Below are positions 26,239 through 35,635 of a DNA stretch of 64,000 nucleotides, one piece after another. The stretch is from Methanomassiliicoccales archaeon (GTDB taxonomy: Archaea; Thermoplasmatota; Thermoplasmata; Methanomassiliicoccales; UBA472): the NCBI GenBank assembly GCA_036677555.1, contig JAVBWG010000006.1, forward strand, positions 70,202 to 134,201. Reading direction: 5' to 3'. The notes under the pieces were generated by a model. It saw only the letters and a program-made list of their open reading frames with translations. It ran no database searches and was not told where the DNA came from. The position numbers and the translations under genes are program-made. Numbering within the stretch: position 1 is the first letter of the stretch; every line of letters starts with the position of its first letter.

Positions 26239-26745
26239 TCACCATCTCTCGCGATGCACCCTTCCTTCATCATACCGGTCGATGAGCTTGCGCTCCTCGG
26301 CCGGATGGCCGAAAGGAATGAGGGAGAAGGGGATCACCGTATCAGGAACGCCCACGAGATCGCGCAGCCCCTTCACCCTCTCCTCGATCGGGTATATGCC
26401 CAGCCACACTGCCCCCAGATTGAGCTGGGTGGCCATTATCAGCACGTTCTCGGTGGCGGCCGAGCAGTCCTGCACCCAGAACCCGGGATACTTCTCCAGC
26501 GATGGATCGCCGCAGATCAGGATGGCCCCGGCGCATTCCTTGAGCATCTTGGCGTAGGGATGGAACTCCATGACCCTCTCGAGCGTAGAGCGGTCCTGGA
26601 CGACCACGAAGTGCCAAGGTTTTTCGTTACCGGCGGAAGGGGCGGACATACCTGCCTCCAGAAGCTTTCTCACATCCTTCTCCTCCACGTCCTGCGCCGT
26701 ATAGCGCCGGACGCTCCTCCTTGCAAGGATAGGGTCCTTCCTCAT
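26239..26745 (-). CDS. Nitroreductase family protein
   Basis: RRSVRRYT, SAPSAGNEKPWHFVVV, and a size of 168 aa. Confidence 0.85.
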   Translation of the reverse strand: MRKDPILARRSVRRYTAQDVEEKDVRKLLEAGMSAPSAGNEKPWHFVVVQDRSTLERVMEFHPYAKMLKECAGAILICGDPSLEKYPGFWVQDCSAATENVLIMATQLNLGAVWLGIYPIEERVKGLRDLVGVPDTVIPFSLIPFGHPAEERKLIDRYDEGRVHRERW

Positions 26746-26828
26746 CGATTATGCTAGGCGGCGGGGGAGACAAATAATTATCGAGGCGGAACGAAAAATG
26801 GATATTGACCCTGCGGTTACTGAGATTC

Positions 26829-27446
26829 ATGCCGGGTTTCGAAGAGCTCCTGTACGCCACGACCTTGCTGTTCTTCATCTTCGACCCGTTCGCCACCGTC
26901 CCCATGTTCATCACCCTGACCAGGGACCAGACCCAGAAGGAGCAGATGGCCTCCGCAAACAAGGCGGTGCTGGTGGCTGGAATATTGTTCGTCATCTTCG
27001 CCCTGATAGGGACCGAGCTTCTGGCGCTCTTCAGCATATCCGTCGACGCCTTCCGCATCGCCGGTGGCATCGTCCTGCTACTGATGGCCATGGAGATCAT
27101 CTTCTCCCTGCAGATGAGCAAGAAGGAGGAGACCAGCGTGGCCTGGGTGATAATAGCCACCCCGCTGCTCAGCGGTCCCGGAGTGATAACCACCGCCATC
27201 CTTCTGGTGCACCTGTATGGCCACTTCACCGTGCTCATCGCGGGAGTGATAAGTCTGGCCATAACCTGGGGCATCATGCGCAACTCCCTGCTGATATCCC
27301 AGAAGGTCGGCAACAACGCCATCGACGTCTTCTCGAAGATCATCGGGATGCTGCTGGCGGCCATAGCCGTGGAGTTCATCATGCGCGGCTCGGTGGACTA
27401 CGTGCTCAACAGCCTGAACCTGGGCCTCACGCTTCTCCCGCTTTGA
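26829..27446 (+). CDS. MarC family (UPF0056) integral membrane protein
   Basis: FFIFDPFATVPMFITLT and FRIAGGIVLLLMAMEI motifs. Start moved to ATG 26829. Confidence 0.8.
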   Translation: MPGFEELLYATTLLFFIFDPFATVPMFITLTRDQTQKEQMASANKAVLVAGILFVIFALIGTELLALFSISVDAFRIAGGIVLLLMAMEIIFSLQMSKKEETSVAWVIIATPLLSGPGVITTAILLVHLYGHFTVLIAGVISLAITWGIMRNSLLISQKVGNNAIDVFSKIIGMLLAAIAVEFIMRGSVDYVLNSLNLGLTLLPL

Positions 27447-27503
27447 TGCGATTAAGCAAAGTTTATTATCATTCGCGCACGAACGTGGTGCTAGGTTAAC
27501 CCC

Positions 27504-27764
27504 ATGGCCGACTGCAAGAAGTGCGACAGCAGCCTAGACGCGATCCAATTGGACGAGACCCCTAAGTTGATGGTAAAGGGGAGGGAGATAGGCATCAATG
27601 CCTTGGACGACATCATGAAGGACGTCCGTTCCCGCGATCTACACGAGCCAGAGCTTGGAACGACCCTGCTAAACGAGGTCAAGCGCCTGGACTACGTCCC
27701 GCCGTCCATGGAGAAGGATTACCGGGCCGCGCTGCTGGAGGACTACCAGCGCCGATTCGGCTGA
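27504..27764 (+). CDS. Small hypothetical protein (CKKC N-terminus)
   Basis: Coding-like composition. No family recognised. Confidence 0.4.
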   Translation: MADCKKCDSSLDAIQLDETPKLMVKGREIGINALDDIMKDVRSRDLHEPELGTTLLNEVKRLDYVPPSMEKDYRAALLEDYQRRFG

Positions 27765-27798
27765 AACAGGTTACCATTTACAACTGTCAAGTGATCAC

Positions 27799-28530
27799 AT
27801 GACGAAATGCACTGTATGCAACAGCGATGAGCACCCGGCCAGGACCGGACCGGTGAAGATGACCGCCGTCTCCGGCGGAACCGACCTGCGGTTGGAGATC
27901 AACGAGGCGCACCTTCGGGTGTTGGACATGTCGGTGCATCTCCTGGGCTACGTCAACGCCTATCGAGCCCTCTCGGAGCTTCCTGACTACCTTGGCAGGA
28001 GACGCACCAGGTACGCCATGGTCCTGGTCATGCTTGACGAACTGGCGCCCTTGATGGAACTGATGAAGGAGTGCGAGCGCGGCATAACCGAGCATTCCGC
28101 GGAGGTCTCGATCGACGGATACTTCTCACCCCAGGGACGTCAGGATCGCGTGGAGCGGGTGCTGGACGAGATAGGGAAGTCGGAAGTGCTGTTCCTGAAG
28201 GTGAAGAAGAACCTGGGACGCGAGCCTTCGGCCATCGATTTCTCGGTCTTCCGGGACCAGTTCCGTCGGACCGAAGGAAGCATGTTCCCCACGGTGGAGA
28301 AGGTGCTCCGTTACGACTGGAGCTGCAATTGCGACGATCTGCCCAACGACGAGCAGGTCGAGATGCTGTTCATGGCCATAGAGCTGACCGTACGCGGGGC
28401 GGCGGAGTTCAGCCACCAATGGGCCATGGCCAACGAGTATGACATCGACTTCAAGCTGGAGACCCGCTACAGCAAGGACGGGGTCGACAGGCGCAAGGAA
28501 AAGGGTTATTGGGTCAAGACGCCCCTATGA
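27799..28530 (+). CDS. Hypothetical protein (CTVC N-terminus), no family recognised
   Basis: 243-aa ORF with normal codon bias. Lies 6 nt upstream of the thioredoxin gene. Confidence 0.5.
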   Translation: MTKCTVCNSDEHPARTGPVKMTAVSGGTDLRLEINEAHLRVLDMSVHLLGYVNAYRALSELPDYLGRRRTRYAMVLVMLDELAPLMELMKECERGITEHSAEVSIDGYFSPQGRQDRVERVLDEIGKSEVLFLKVKKNLGREPSAIDFSVFRDQFRRTEGSMFPTVEKVLRYDWSCNCDDLPNDEQVEMLFMAIELTVRGAAEFSHQWAMANEYDIDFKLETRYSKDGVDRRKEKGYWVKTPL

Positions 28531-28536
28531 GATGAC

Positions 28537-28923
28537 ATGGCCGGCGACATCAAGGACGTGAGCGACGAGCTGTTCCTGGACCTGCTGCGCAAGGAGAAGC
28601 GCTTCATCGTGCTGGAGTTCTGGTCCCCGGGGTGCTCCGTGTGCAAGGAGGTGGAGCCCGAGGTCCTCAGGGCCCAGAAGGAGCTGGGTCCGGATACGGT
28701 GTTCATGAGGATAAACACCGACCACAACACGCAGCTGGCCTCCAGGTACCAGATAACAGGCACCCCGACCTTCGTCTACTTCTGCAAGGGCGAGAAGATC
28801 GGCGGCGCCGTCGGTTACATCAACGCCACGGTGCTTCGGAACACCGTCAAGGACCTAATCCGGCATTCGGCGTCCTGCCCCCCGGGGAAGCGCGTCAGCT
28901 ACGAGATGGATGGCTACGGCTGA
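28537..28923 (+). CDS. Thioredoxin family protein
   Basis: FWSPGCSVCKEVEPEV active-site region (CxxC) and GTPTFVYF cis-Pro region. Confidence 0.75.
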   Translation: MAGDIKDVSDELFLDLLRKEKRFIVLEFWSPGCSVCKEVEPEVLRAQKELGPDTVFMRINTDHNTQLASRYQITGTPTFVYFCKGEKIGGAVGYINATVLRNTVKDLIRHSASCPPGKRVSYEMDGYG

Positions 28924-28956
28924 GCTTTTATCTAATACCGCATCAATCACCCCTTC

Positions 28957-30204
28957 ATGTGGCAAGCCCTGTCCGTCGAGTCCTGGAAGGCCCGGGGACG
29001 CTCCGACCTCAGCAAGGTCTTTCCGACCGTCAGCGACATCATCGAGCAGGTGCGCAGCGAGGGAGATGTGGCCGTGCTCAGGCTCACCGCCCGCTTCGAC
29101 AAGGTCGAGCTGACCGACCTCCGGGTGAGCAGGGCGGAGATCGACGAGGCTTACTCCAAGGTCGATCAGCAGCTTCTTGACGCCTTGAACTTCGCCCGGA
29201 CGCGTATCGAGGCATACCATGTGATGCAGCGTCCCGATGACGTCACGCTGTTCAAGGACGGGGAGAGCTCCCTGGGATGGAAATACTCGCCGTTGTCATC
29301 GATGGGCATCTACATCCCAGGAGGGAAGGCCTCCTATCCCAGCACGGCGCTCATGTGCGCCGTTCCGGCCAAGGTGGCCGGCGTTCGCAACGTGATAGCG
29401 TGCACACCCCCGCCGGTACATCCTTTGACACTAGTGGCTTTGGACATGGCCGGTGTGGACACCATATTCAAGTGCGGCGGCGCCCAGGCCATAGCGGCCA
29501 TGGGGCTCGGTACTCAAACCGTGCCCAAGGTCCAGAAGATCGTTGGACCTGGCAACATCTACGTCACCGCCGCCAAGGTGCTGCTTCGGCAGGACGTGGA
29601 GATGGACTTCCCGGCCGGGCCCAGCGAGATAGCGGTCCTGGCCGATCGGACGGCGAGACCGGAGAACGTGGCGGCGGACATCCTTGCTCAGGCGGAGCAT
29701 GGTCCCGATTCGGCCTGCGCACTGGTCACTGACGATATGGAACTGGTGAAGAAGGTCGGAAAGATCATTGAGGAGAGCGCCCTGAAAAGCGAGCGCCAGG
29801 AACTTATCCGCTCGTCATTGAAGAACAGCGGTTACATCATCGTGAAGGACATGATGGACGGCGTGGCGGTATGCAACGAGCTGGCGCCGGAGCACCTGTC
29901 CGTGCAGACCTCTGATCCCATGTCCATCCTCCCCTCGATCGAGACGGCCGGGGCGATATTCCTCGGTGATGATTCTCCGGTAGCTTGCGGTGATTACACC
30001 ACCGGGACGGACCACGTCCTGCCGACGGCCGGTAACGCCGCGGTGCACTCCGGTCTGGACGTTCTGCACTTCATGAAGCGCTCGTCGGTGCAGATGCTGG
30101 ACAAGAGAACGCTGGAGGACCTTGCCCCGGCGACAGTGAGATTGGCGGAGACGGAAGGTTTGCGCGCGCACGCCGAATCGGTGCGCGTGCGATTGAAAAA
30201 GTAA
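28957..30204 (+). CDS. hisD: Histidinol dehydrogenase
   Basis: GGAQAIAAMGLGT, IVGPGNIYVTAAK, AEHGPDS and HLSVQT patterns. 415 aa. Confidence 0.9.
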   Translation: MWQALSVESWKARGRSDLSKVFPTVSDIIEQVRSEGDVAVLRLTARFDKVELTDLRVSRAEIDEAYSKVDQQLLDALNFARTRIEAYHVMQRPDDVTLFKDGESSLGWKYSPLSSMGIYIPGGKASYPSTALMCAVPAKVAGVRNVIACTPPPVHPLTLVALDMAGVDTIFKCGGAQAIAAMGLGTQTVPKVQKIVGPGNIYVTAAKVLLRQDVEMDFPAGPSEIAVLADRTARPENVAADILAQAEHGPDSACALVTDDMELVKKVGKIIEESALKSERQELIRSSLKNSGYIIVKDMMDGVAVCNELAPEHLSVQTSDPMSILPSIETAGAIFLGDDSPVACGDYTTGTDHVLPTAGNAAVHSGLDVLHFMKRSSVQMLDKRTLEDLAPATVRLAETEGLRAHAESVRVRLKK

Positions 30205-30214
30205 GGGATGGTCC

Positions 30215-30625
30215 TCAGACCATCTTGGTGCCGGCGGAATAGTTGGCGCTCTGGTTCCAGACTTCCTTGACCTCGAACACCCAAACTCCGCTCGCTTTCA
30301 TGCCCATCTTGGACAGCTCGGCGTTCATGCCGTCGAAGATCGGCCCGGACGTGGCCAGGTCCTTGACCTTCGCCCTGATCTCGTAGGAGTTCAAAGCGCT
30401 GCCGGCCAAAATGGAGACCAGCTCCCCCTTGGCCTTCATTCCTTCCAGGTTCTTCCCGGTGCGCTTCATCAGGATCGCCCCGATGATCACGGTGTCCGGG
30501 GCCGGGGCCTTTATGCTTCCGGCCTGGATGATGTGAACATCGCCCTTGTCTGATTTCGTGGCTAGGACCCTCACCGACGCGGGGTCGTTGAGGACCTTCA
30601 TGACCTCATCCGGTATCGCTACCAT
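30215..30625 (-). CDS. Pyridoxamine 5'-phosphate oxidase-like FMN-binding split-barrel family protein (tentative)
   Basis: Size and N-terminal pattern (IPDEVMKVLNDP...VRVLATKSDKGDVHII) are typical of small archaeal PNPOx-like proteins. Confidence 0.45.
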   Translation of the reverse strand: MVAIPDEVMKVLNDPASVRVLATKSDKGDVHIIQAGSIKAPAPDTVIIGAILMKRTGKNLEGMKAKGELVSILAGSALNSYEIRAKVKDLATSGPIFDGMNAELSKMGMKASGVWVFEVKEVWNQSANYSAGTKMV

Positions 30626-30754
30626 GTTTTATTCACCTGGATAGAAATGAGGAACAGGCATTATAAACATTTGCAACAGAAATATGACCCTGGAACATCT
30701 GGCACTCGTTCGAGAGCCAGTATGTCGTTGTGATTGCCATGACCATTTAGGTTA

Positions 30755-31606
30755 TTAAAATGACCTCAGGGCGGGGATGCATCCCCGGTCGCGCATGATC
30801 CTTATGGCCGAACGCACCGCCTCTTCGGTCTTTACCTCGACCAGCACGGACATGTCGTTATCGTTCGCCAAGCGCAGGTATCGATCGCACTGCAATTGCC
30901 CGCTGAAGGGTATCTGATGATCGCTCTTCCCGTCCCAGTCGTGGAAATGCATGTGCCACACCTTGTCGATGTGGGAGAGCATGAAGTCCTCCTCCTTCAT
31001 CCCCGAGCGCCCGTCGTGGCCAATATCCCAGCACAGACCGACCGAGGGCAGGTCTAGTATCGAACCGGCGGCCTTGCGCATGAAAGGCAGGGCGAAATGC
31101 CCGGTGTTCTCGACGCATATCCTAATGCCTAGCGACTCGGCCAGGGAGGATAGCCTGGTGAACGATCGGTTCAAGGACTCGATGTACTCCTCCAGGTAAC
31201 GCTCGTACACCCAGACCTTGCGATCGGGCAAGGTGAAGTACACCCCTGGATTGAGGTGCAGGTTGATCAGGAACACGCCGTGTCGGGACCCCCAGCGCAG
31301 CGCCTCCTCGCATCTATCGAGATGACCCTGCCGGACCGAAGGTTGCAGGGAGCCGAGATCGAGCTCGTCATGCAGGTGCACGCTGAAGCGCATGCCGTCC
31401 TTGATGGCCGTCCGAAGGTCCCGGGAGTTGATGTTCTCCGGGAACGAGTAGGGTAAGTTGACGTTCAGCTCCACGAAGTCCAGCCCTAGTTCCTTGCCCA
31501 GGTCGAGGTTCGGCCGGAGGTCCTGGTAGCCGATGAGGACGGGTATCCCGAATACGGTCATTCGAACCTCGACGCCCGGGATAGTAGATAAAACGAACGA
31601 ACTCAC
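30755..31606 (-). CDS. Sugar phosphate isomerase/epimerase (xylose isomerase-like TIM barrel) family protein
   Basis: VELNVN, FSVHLHDELD, LINLHLNPG, VENTG and HMHFHDWDG metal-ligand-like pattern. The true start may be the internal Met at 31558. Confidence 0.7.
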   Translation of the reverse strand: MSSFVLSTIPGVEVRMTVFGIPVLIGYQDLRPNLDLGKELGLDFVELNVNLPYSFPENINSRDLRTAIKDGMRFSVHLHDELDLGSLQPSVRQGHLDRCEEALRWGSRHGVFLINLHLNPGVYFTLPDRKVWVYERYLEEYIESLNRSFTRLSSLAESLGIRICVENTGHFALPFMRKAAGSILDLPSVGLCWDIGHDGRSGMKEEDFMLSHIDKVWHMHFHDWDGKSDHQIPFSGQLQCDRYLRLANDNDMSVLVEVKTEEAVRSAIRIMRDRGCIPALRSF

Positions 31607-32199
31607 TTGACTAGCAGGAACCGGCGCTCCTGCCTCACTTCGGCCTTGCCGAGGATGCGCTTCTCCATCCGCCTCTCCCAGACCTTGATGGTCTTGAGAT
31701 CGGGGAACATCTCAGGCACCTCGTTCTCCAGGAAGTAGTGGGTGATCACCCCGTTCCCCCTCTTGAAGGTGCGTGGCTCCACCTCCTCACCTTTTCCGAA
31801 ACGCATGTCCTCTTCGCCGAAGACGGATACGTAAAGGACGCCTCCTTTCTGCAGGACCCGCTCGATCTCCTCGGACGCCGTGCACATCGATGCCCGGTCC
31901 AGATGCCCAAGGACGTGGGACGCTGCGACGTTCGCAAAACTTCGGTCACGGAACGGCAGCGCCGTAACGTCCGCCTGCAGCAAAGGTATCTGGTACTTCC
32001 TGGCGCAGGCCTTTAACGCCGGTCTTGAGAAGTCCAGGCCGATTATCTCAGCGCTGGAGGTGAAGGAGGTCAGGTTCTTCCCGTTGCCTATGCCTAGCTC
32101 CAGCACCAGGCCGTGCATCGGAAGCTCTTCATCGCTGCTTCCTTTCCAGGGACGAGAGTCCCTTTCGTACAGACGGTCCCAGCTTTCCCTGGTGCTCAT
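31603..32199 (-). CDS. Class I SAM-dependent methyltransferase
   Basis: Motif I VLELGIGNGKN and post-I DFS. 4-nt overlaps on both sides. Confidence 0.8.
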   Translation of the reverse strand: MSTRESWDRLYERDSRPWKGSSDEELPMHGLVLELGIGNGKNLTSFTSSAEIIGLDFSRPALKACARKYQIPLLQADVTALPFRDRSFANVAASHVLGHLDRASMCTASEEIERVLQKGGVLYVSVFGEEDMRFGKGEEVEPRTFKRGNGVITHYFLENEVPEMFPDLKTIKVWERRMEKRILGKAEVRQERRFLLVK

Positions 32200-32762
32200 T
32201 CCCGGCGCAGCTCCAGATGATAGTATTCCGGATCATCGTAACTTTTCTCCAGAACGAACCCAGGGAAGTACGAAGACGCTTCTGCCAACGGCACCCTTAG
32301 GTGCATCGGAGGTCCTTTCTCGGTCTCTCTTGCCTGCCAGTCGACAAGAGTGATCATTCCTTCCGACCTCAGGACCCGGGAGATCTCCTTCGCCAGGCGC
32401 TTCTTGTCCTCCACCTCGTGGAACACGTTGACCATGACCGCCCTGTCCAGCGAGGCGTCGGGCAGCGGGATCTCCGGAAGGGTCGCTCTCACCAAACGTA
32501 TCCGACCTAGTCCGTTGTCCCTCTCTCGCAGGCCGTCTAGCATGTCCTGCTGGAGGTCCAGGGCGATGACGGTCGCTCCCTCGTCAGCTAGCGGGATAGA
32601 CAGATAACCTACGCCGGCGCCGAGGTCGGCGATGATCTCTCCCACCTTAGGGGCGATTCGTTGAACGATGACCTCCACCGGTTGCCTCTTCCGGCGGTCC
32701 TCATTGACCAGGCGATGGCTTTCGGACGCCGGGAACTGGTTGGGATGAAGGTGCTGATGCAT
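32196..32762 (-). CDS. Class I SAM-dependent methyltransferase
   Basis: Motif I IADLGAGVGYLSIPLA, followed by ALDLQ. Confidence 0.8.
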   Translation of the reverse strand: MHQHLHPNQFPASESHRLVNEDRRKRQPVEVIVQRIAPKVGEIIADLGAGVGYLSIPLADEGATVIALDLQQDMLDGLRERDNGLGRIRLVRATLPEIPLPDASLDRAVMVNVFHEVEDKKRLAKEISRVLRSEGMITLVDWQARETEKGPPMHLRVPLAEASSYFPGFVLEKSYDDPEYYHLELRRE

Positions 32763-32787
32763 GCCTTCTCATTTCCAAGGCAATATT

Positions 32788-34599
32788 TCAATCATCGTCT
32801 TCCTGCGGTGGAGCCTTACGCACCTTCTTCAGCTCCGTGCCGGGGACCTTCTTCAGCTTGCCGTTGTCCAGGGCCCAACGGAAGTTCTCGATCTCCGACT
32901 TGGCGATGGTGACCTTGTCTCCCTCTTTATACGTCACCTTGTTCACCCAGTCCTTGAAACCGGCCACGGCCTTGTACACTTCGGCCACCTCTATTCCTTG
33001 GGCGAACTTCTGCCGCCCCTTCATCTCCGAGTACGTTCCATTGAACACCTTCAACTTGCCGTCGCGCAGTTCGCCGACCTTGGTGCACACCGCGTCCAGC
33101 AGATAACGGTCATGGGTGACTATGATGATCGAGCCGGTGTATTCCCTGAGCGCTTCCTCCACCGCCTCCTTGCTCGGAATATCAAGGTAGTTCGACGGCT
33201 CATCGAGTATGAGCAGGTTCTTGTGCTGGGCCAGAAGGATCGCTATCGCCAGTCTTGCCCTTTCACCCCCAGAGAGCGTGCTGATGGGGCGCTCGACGTC
33301 CTTCCCGGTGAGAAGCAGCCTTGCCAAGATGGCACGGGCCTCCACGGCCTGCTGGCCCAGGGCCTTCTTCATCTGCTGCTCTGCCGTGAGCTCGGGGTCC
33401 AGAAGGTCATGCTCCTGGGCGAAGTAGCCGATCTTCACTCCAGGGGAGACGTACAGTTCCCCCAGGTAGGGCAGCTTGGATTGGAGGGCCTTGAGCAGGG
33501 TGGTCTTGCCGCTACCGTTCGGTCCGAATATGCCGAGCTTATCGCCCTTCTCCACCTCCAGGTCCACCTTGTCCAGGACCTTGCGTTTGCCTCTGGCCAC
33601 CTCCAGCTCCTTGGCGGTTATGACGTTCTTGCCCGATTTTCCAAGGGCGTATATGCGCACCTGCAGTTCCTTCTCCTGCACCGGAGGATCGGGCACCTCC
33701 ACCCTATCGGCCATCCTTTCCCGGGTCTTGTGATATGATTTGAACTTGTACTTGGCGTGAAGCTCGTCGGCTATCCTCTCCTGGCGCTCCTTCTCCTTCA
33801 CCGCCTTATCGTGCGCCATCATCAGCCTTTCCCGGTCCAAGGCCTTCTTCTCCATGAAGACCGAGTAGTTGCCGGTGTAGTGCGTCAACCGCCCGTTCTC
33901 CAGCTCGATTATCCTGGTGGCCACATTGTCCAGGAAGTAACGGTCGTGGGAGATGATGATCACCGCCCCCTTCAGCTTGAGCAGCTGGTCCTCCAGCCAC
34001 TCCACCGTCTCGATGTCCAGATGGCTGGTGGGCTCGTCAAGGAATATGAGGTCGGCCTGCTCCGCTTGGGCCAAGACCCGGGAGAGCATGACCTTGGTCC
34101 TCTCACCCCCGCTCAGCTCCCCCATCTTCCCCTTGGCCTTGTGCTCCAGCCCGAACTCCTCCAATATGCCCATGGCCTTGCCCTTGGTCTGCTGCGGTGC
34201 CAACCGGGCCAGTTCCTCCTGTATCGAGGCGTACTCCGATGACAGGGCGTTCCAATCTGTCTCGGAATCGCCACCGGACGACATGACCTCCTCGATCTCC
34301 GCCGCCCTCTTGCGCAGAGGCGACTCCTCCTCGCTCAGGAAGGCCACGGTGGAATCGACCGAGGCGGAGTGGTCCACCTCCACGAACTGCGACAGATAGC
34401 ATACCTTGTTGGTGCGCATGCTGAGCGTTCCCAGGTCAGGCTTCACCTGGCCCATGAGAAGCTTGATCAAAGTGGTCTTCCCAGCCCCGTTGCGACCGAC
34501 GAGCCCGATCCGGTCCCCCAGCTCGATCTGGATGTCCACCTCTTTGAGGACCTCCTTGGGACCGAAGGATTTGCCGACCGCTTCTGCTTTGAGGAGCAT
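32788..34599 (-). CDS. ABC-F family ATPase (two fused NBDs, no TMD)
   Basis: NBD1: GRNGAGKTTL / LSGGERTKV / IFLDEPTSHLD. NBD2: GPNGSGKTTL / LSGGERARL / LILDEPSNYLD. Also an ~80-aa Lys/Glu/Arg-rich inter-domain linker, an arm-like insertion in NBD1, and an ~70-aa C-terminal extension. Confidence 0.85.
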   Translation of the reverse strand: MLLKAEAVGKSFGPKEVLKEVDIQIELGDRIGLVGRNGAGKTTLIKLLMGQVKPDLGTLSMRTNKVCYLSQFVEVDHSASVDSTVAFLSEEESPLRKRAAEIEEVMSSGGDSETDWNALSSEYASIQEELARLAPQQTKGKAMGILEEFGLEHKAKGKMGELSGGERTKVMLSRVLAQAEQADLIFLDEPTSHLDIETVEWLEDQLLKLKGAVIIISHDRYFLDNVATRIIELENGRLTHYTGNYSVFMEKKALDRERLMMAHDKAVKEKERQERIADELHAKYKFKSYHKTRERMADRVEVPDPPVQEKELQVRIYALGKSGKNVITAKELEVARGKRKVLDKVDLEVEKGDKLGIFGPNGSGKTTLLKALQSKLPYLGELYVSPGVKIGYFAQEHDLLDPELTAEQQMKKALGQQAVEARAILARLLLTGKDVERPISTLSGGERARLAIAILLAQHKNLLILDEPSNYLDIPSKEAVEEALREYTGSIIIVTHDRYLLDAVCTKVGELRDGKLKVFNGTYSEMKGRQKFAQGIEVAEVYKAVAGFKDWVNKVTYKEGDKVTIAKSEIENFRWALDNGKLKKVPGTELKKVRKAPPQEDDD

Positions 34600-34636
34600 G
34601 CCAAGGCAATCGTGACGCGGACTTTATTCCTTTCCC

Positions 34637-35371
34637 TCAGATGGTGACGATCATGTCGTCCTTGGAGATGGTCAGCTCGTTGGGGTAACGCTCCTCGATC
34701 TCCTCCCTGTCCCTCAGCGTGGGGTACTTGAAGGCGTCGAAGTGGGTGAGCACCAGGCGCTTGGCCCCCGACGTCCTCTTGATATCAAGGGCGTCCTCCG
34801 GGGTGAGGTGCGGCCAGAGGTCGCTGCTCTCCCCGGTGCGGAAGGAGCTCTCGGTGATGAGCAGGTCGGCGTTCCTGGCCAGTTCAATGGCGTTCTTGCA
34901 CGGGCCTGTGTCCGTGCAGAAGGCTATGGAGCGCCCGTCCAGTTCAAGACGATAACCGAGGCAGGGAGAGGAATGGAACAGCAGCCGGCTATGGAATGTG
35001 AAAGGCCTTTCGTGCACGCCTTCCTTGACCTCCATCATCTCTATGTTGTAGGGGAGCAGCCCCAGGGGCACGGAGTAGGGGTCCCGCAGCAGTTCGTGCA
35101 GGATGTCATGCGTGCCGATGATCCCCACCACCGTGACCTTGTTCTTGAAGCGGAAGCGGGCCAGCTGGTGAAAGCCGATCAGATGGTCCAGGTGATGATG
35201 GGAGAGCATGAAGACCGTCGGTTTTGTGAGATCGGCGTAGCGGTCCAGCTTGTGCAGCCCTCCGCCCGCGTCCAACACCACGTTGAGCTCCTTGGCCCTT
35301 ATCAGGACGCTCAGCGTGTTACCCGTGTCCGTATCGTACCAGCCGTTCGTGCCCATGAATACAATGTCCAC
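34637..35371 (-). CDS. MBL-fold metallo-hydrolase (RNase Z/beta-lactamase-like)
   Basis: DAGGG and SHHHLDH motifs. Start uncertain. I prefer GTG 35371 ((M)DIVFMGTNG...) because a minus-strand TATA-like TTTTTATGA lies at ~35403-35412. The track start is TTG 35482. Confidence 0.75.
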   Translation of the reverse strand: MDIVFMGTNGWYDTDTGNTLSVLIRAKELNVVLDAGGGLHKLDRYADLTKPTVFMLSHHHLDHLIGFHQLARFRFKNKVTVVGIIGTHDILHELLRDPYSVPLGLLPYNIEMMEVKEGVHERPFTFHSRLLFHSSPCLGYRLELDGRSIAFCTDTGPCKNAIELARNADLLITESSFRTGESSDLWPHLTPEDALDIKRTSGAKRLVLTHFDAFKYPTLRDREEIEERYPNELTISKDDMIVTI

Positions 35372-35467
35372 CGGACCACCGGATATACTATGTTGGTCCA
35401 CTTCATAAAAATTGTTCGACACGAGCGCCCAAAGATTATTAAGGAACGAAGTCTCCTTACAACCTTG

Positions 35468-35635
35468 ATGATCGACGATCAAACAATCTTGCTACAACAG
35501 ATACTTGAAGAACTGAAGCAGCAGAATCAGTACCTTTTCGACCTTCGCCAGCGCCTGGAGTCTTTTGAAAGCACCATGGACAAGGACCTCACCCATATGG
35601 AGAGCGCCATCGGTAGCATGCGGGTTCGGGGGTGA
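35468..35635 (+). CDS. Small coiled-coil protein (55 aa), hypothetical
   Basis: MIDDQTILLQQILEELKQQNQYLFDLRQRLESFESTMDKDL... AAAG-ATTATTAA (35431-35442) is centred ~28 nt upstream of the ATG, suggesting a leaderless start. Its stop TGA overlaps GTG 35632 of the next gene. Confidence 0.4.
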   Translation: MIDDQTILLQQILEELKQQNQYLFDLRQRLESFESTMDKDLTHMESAIGSMRVRG

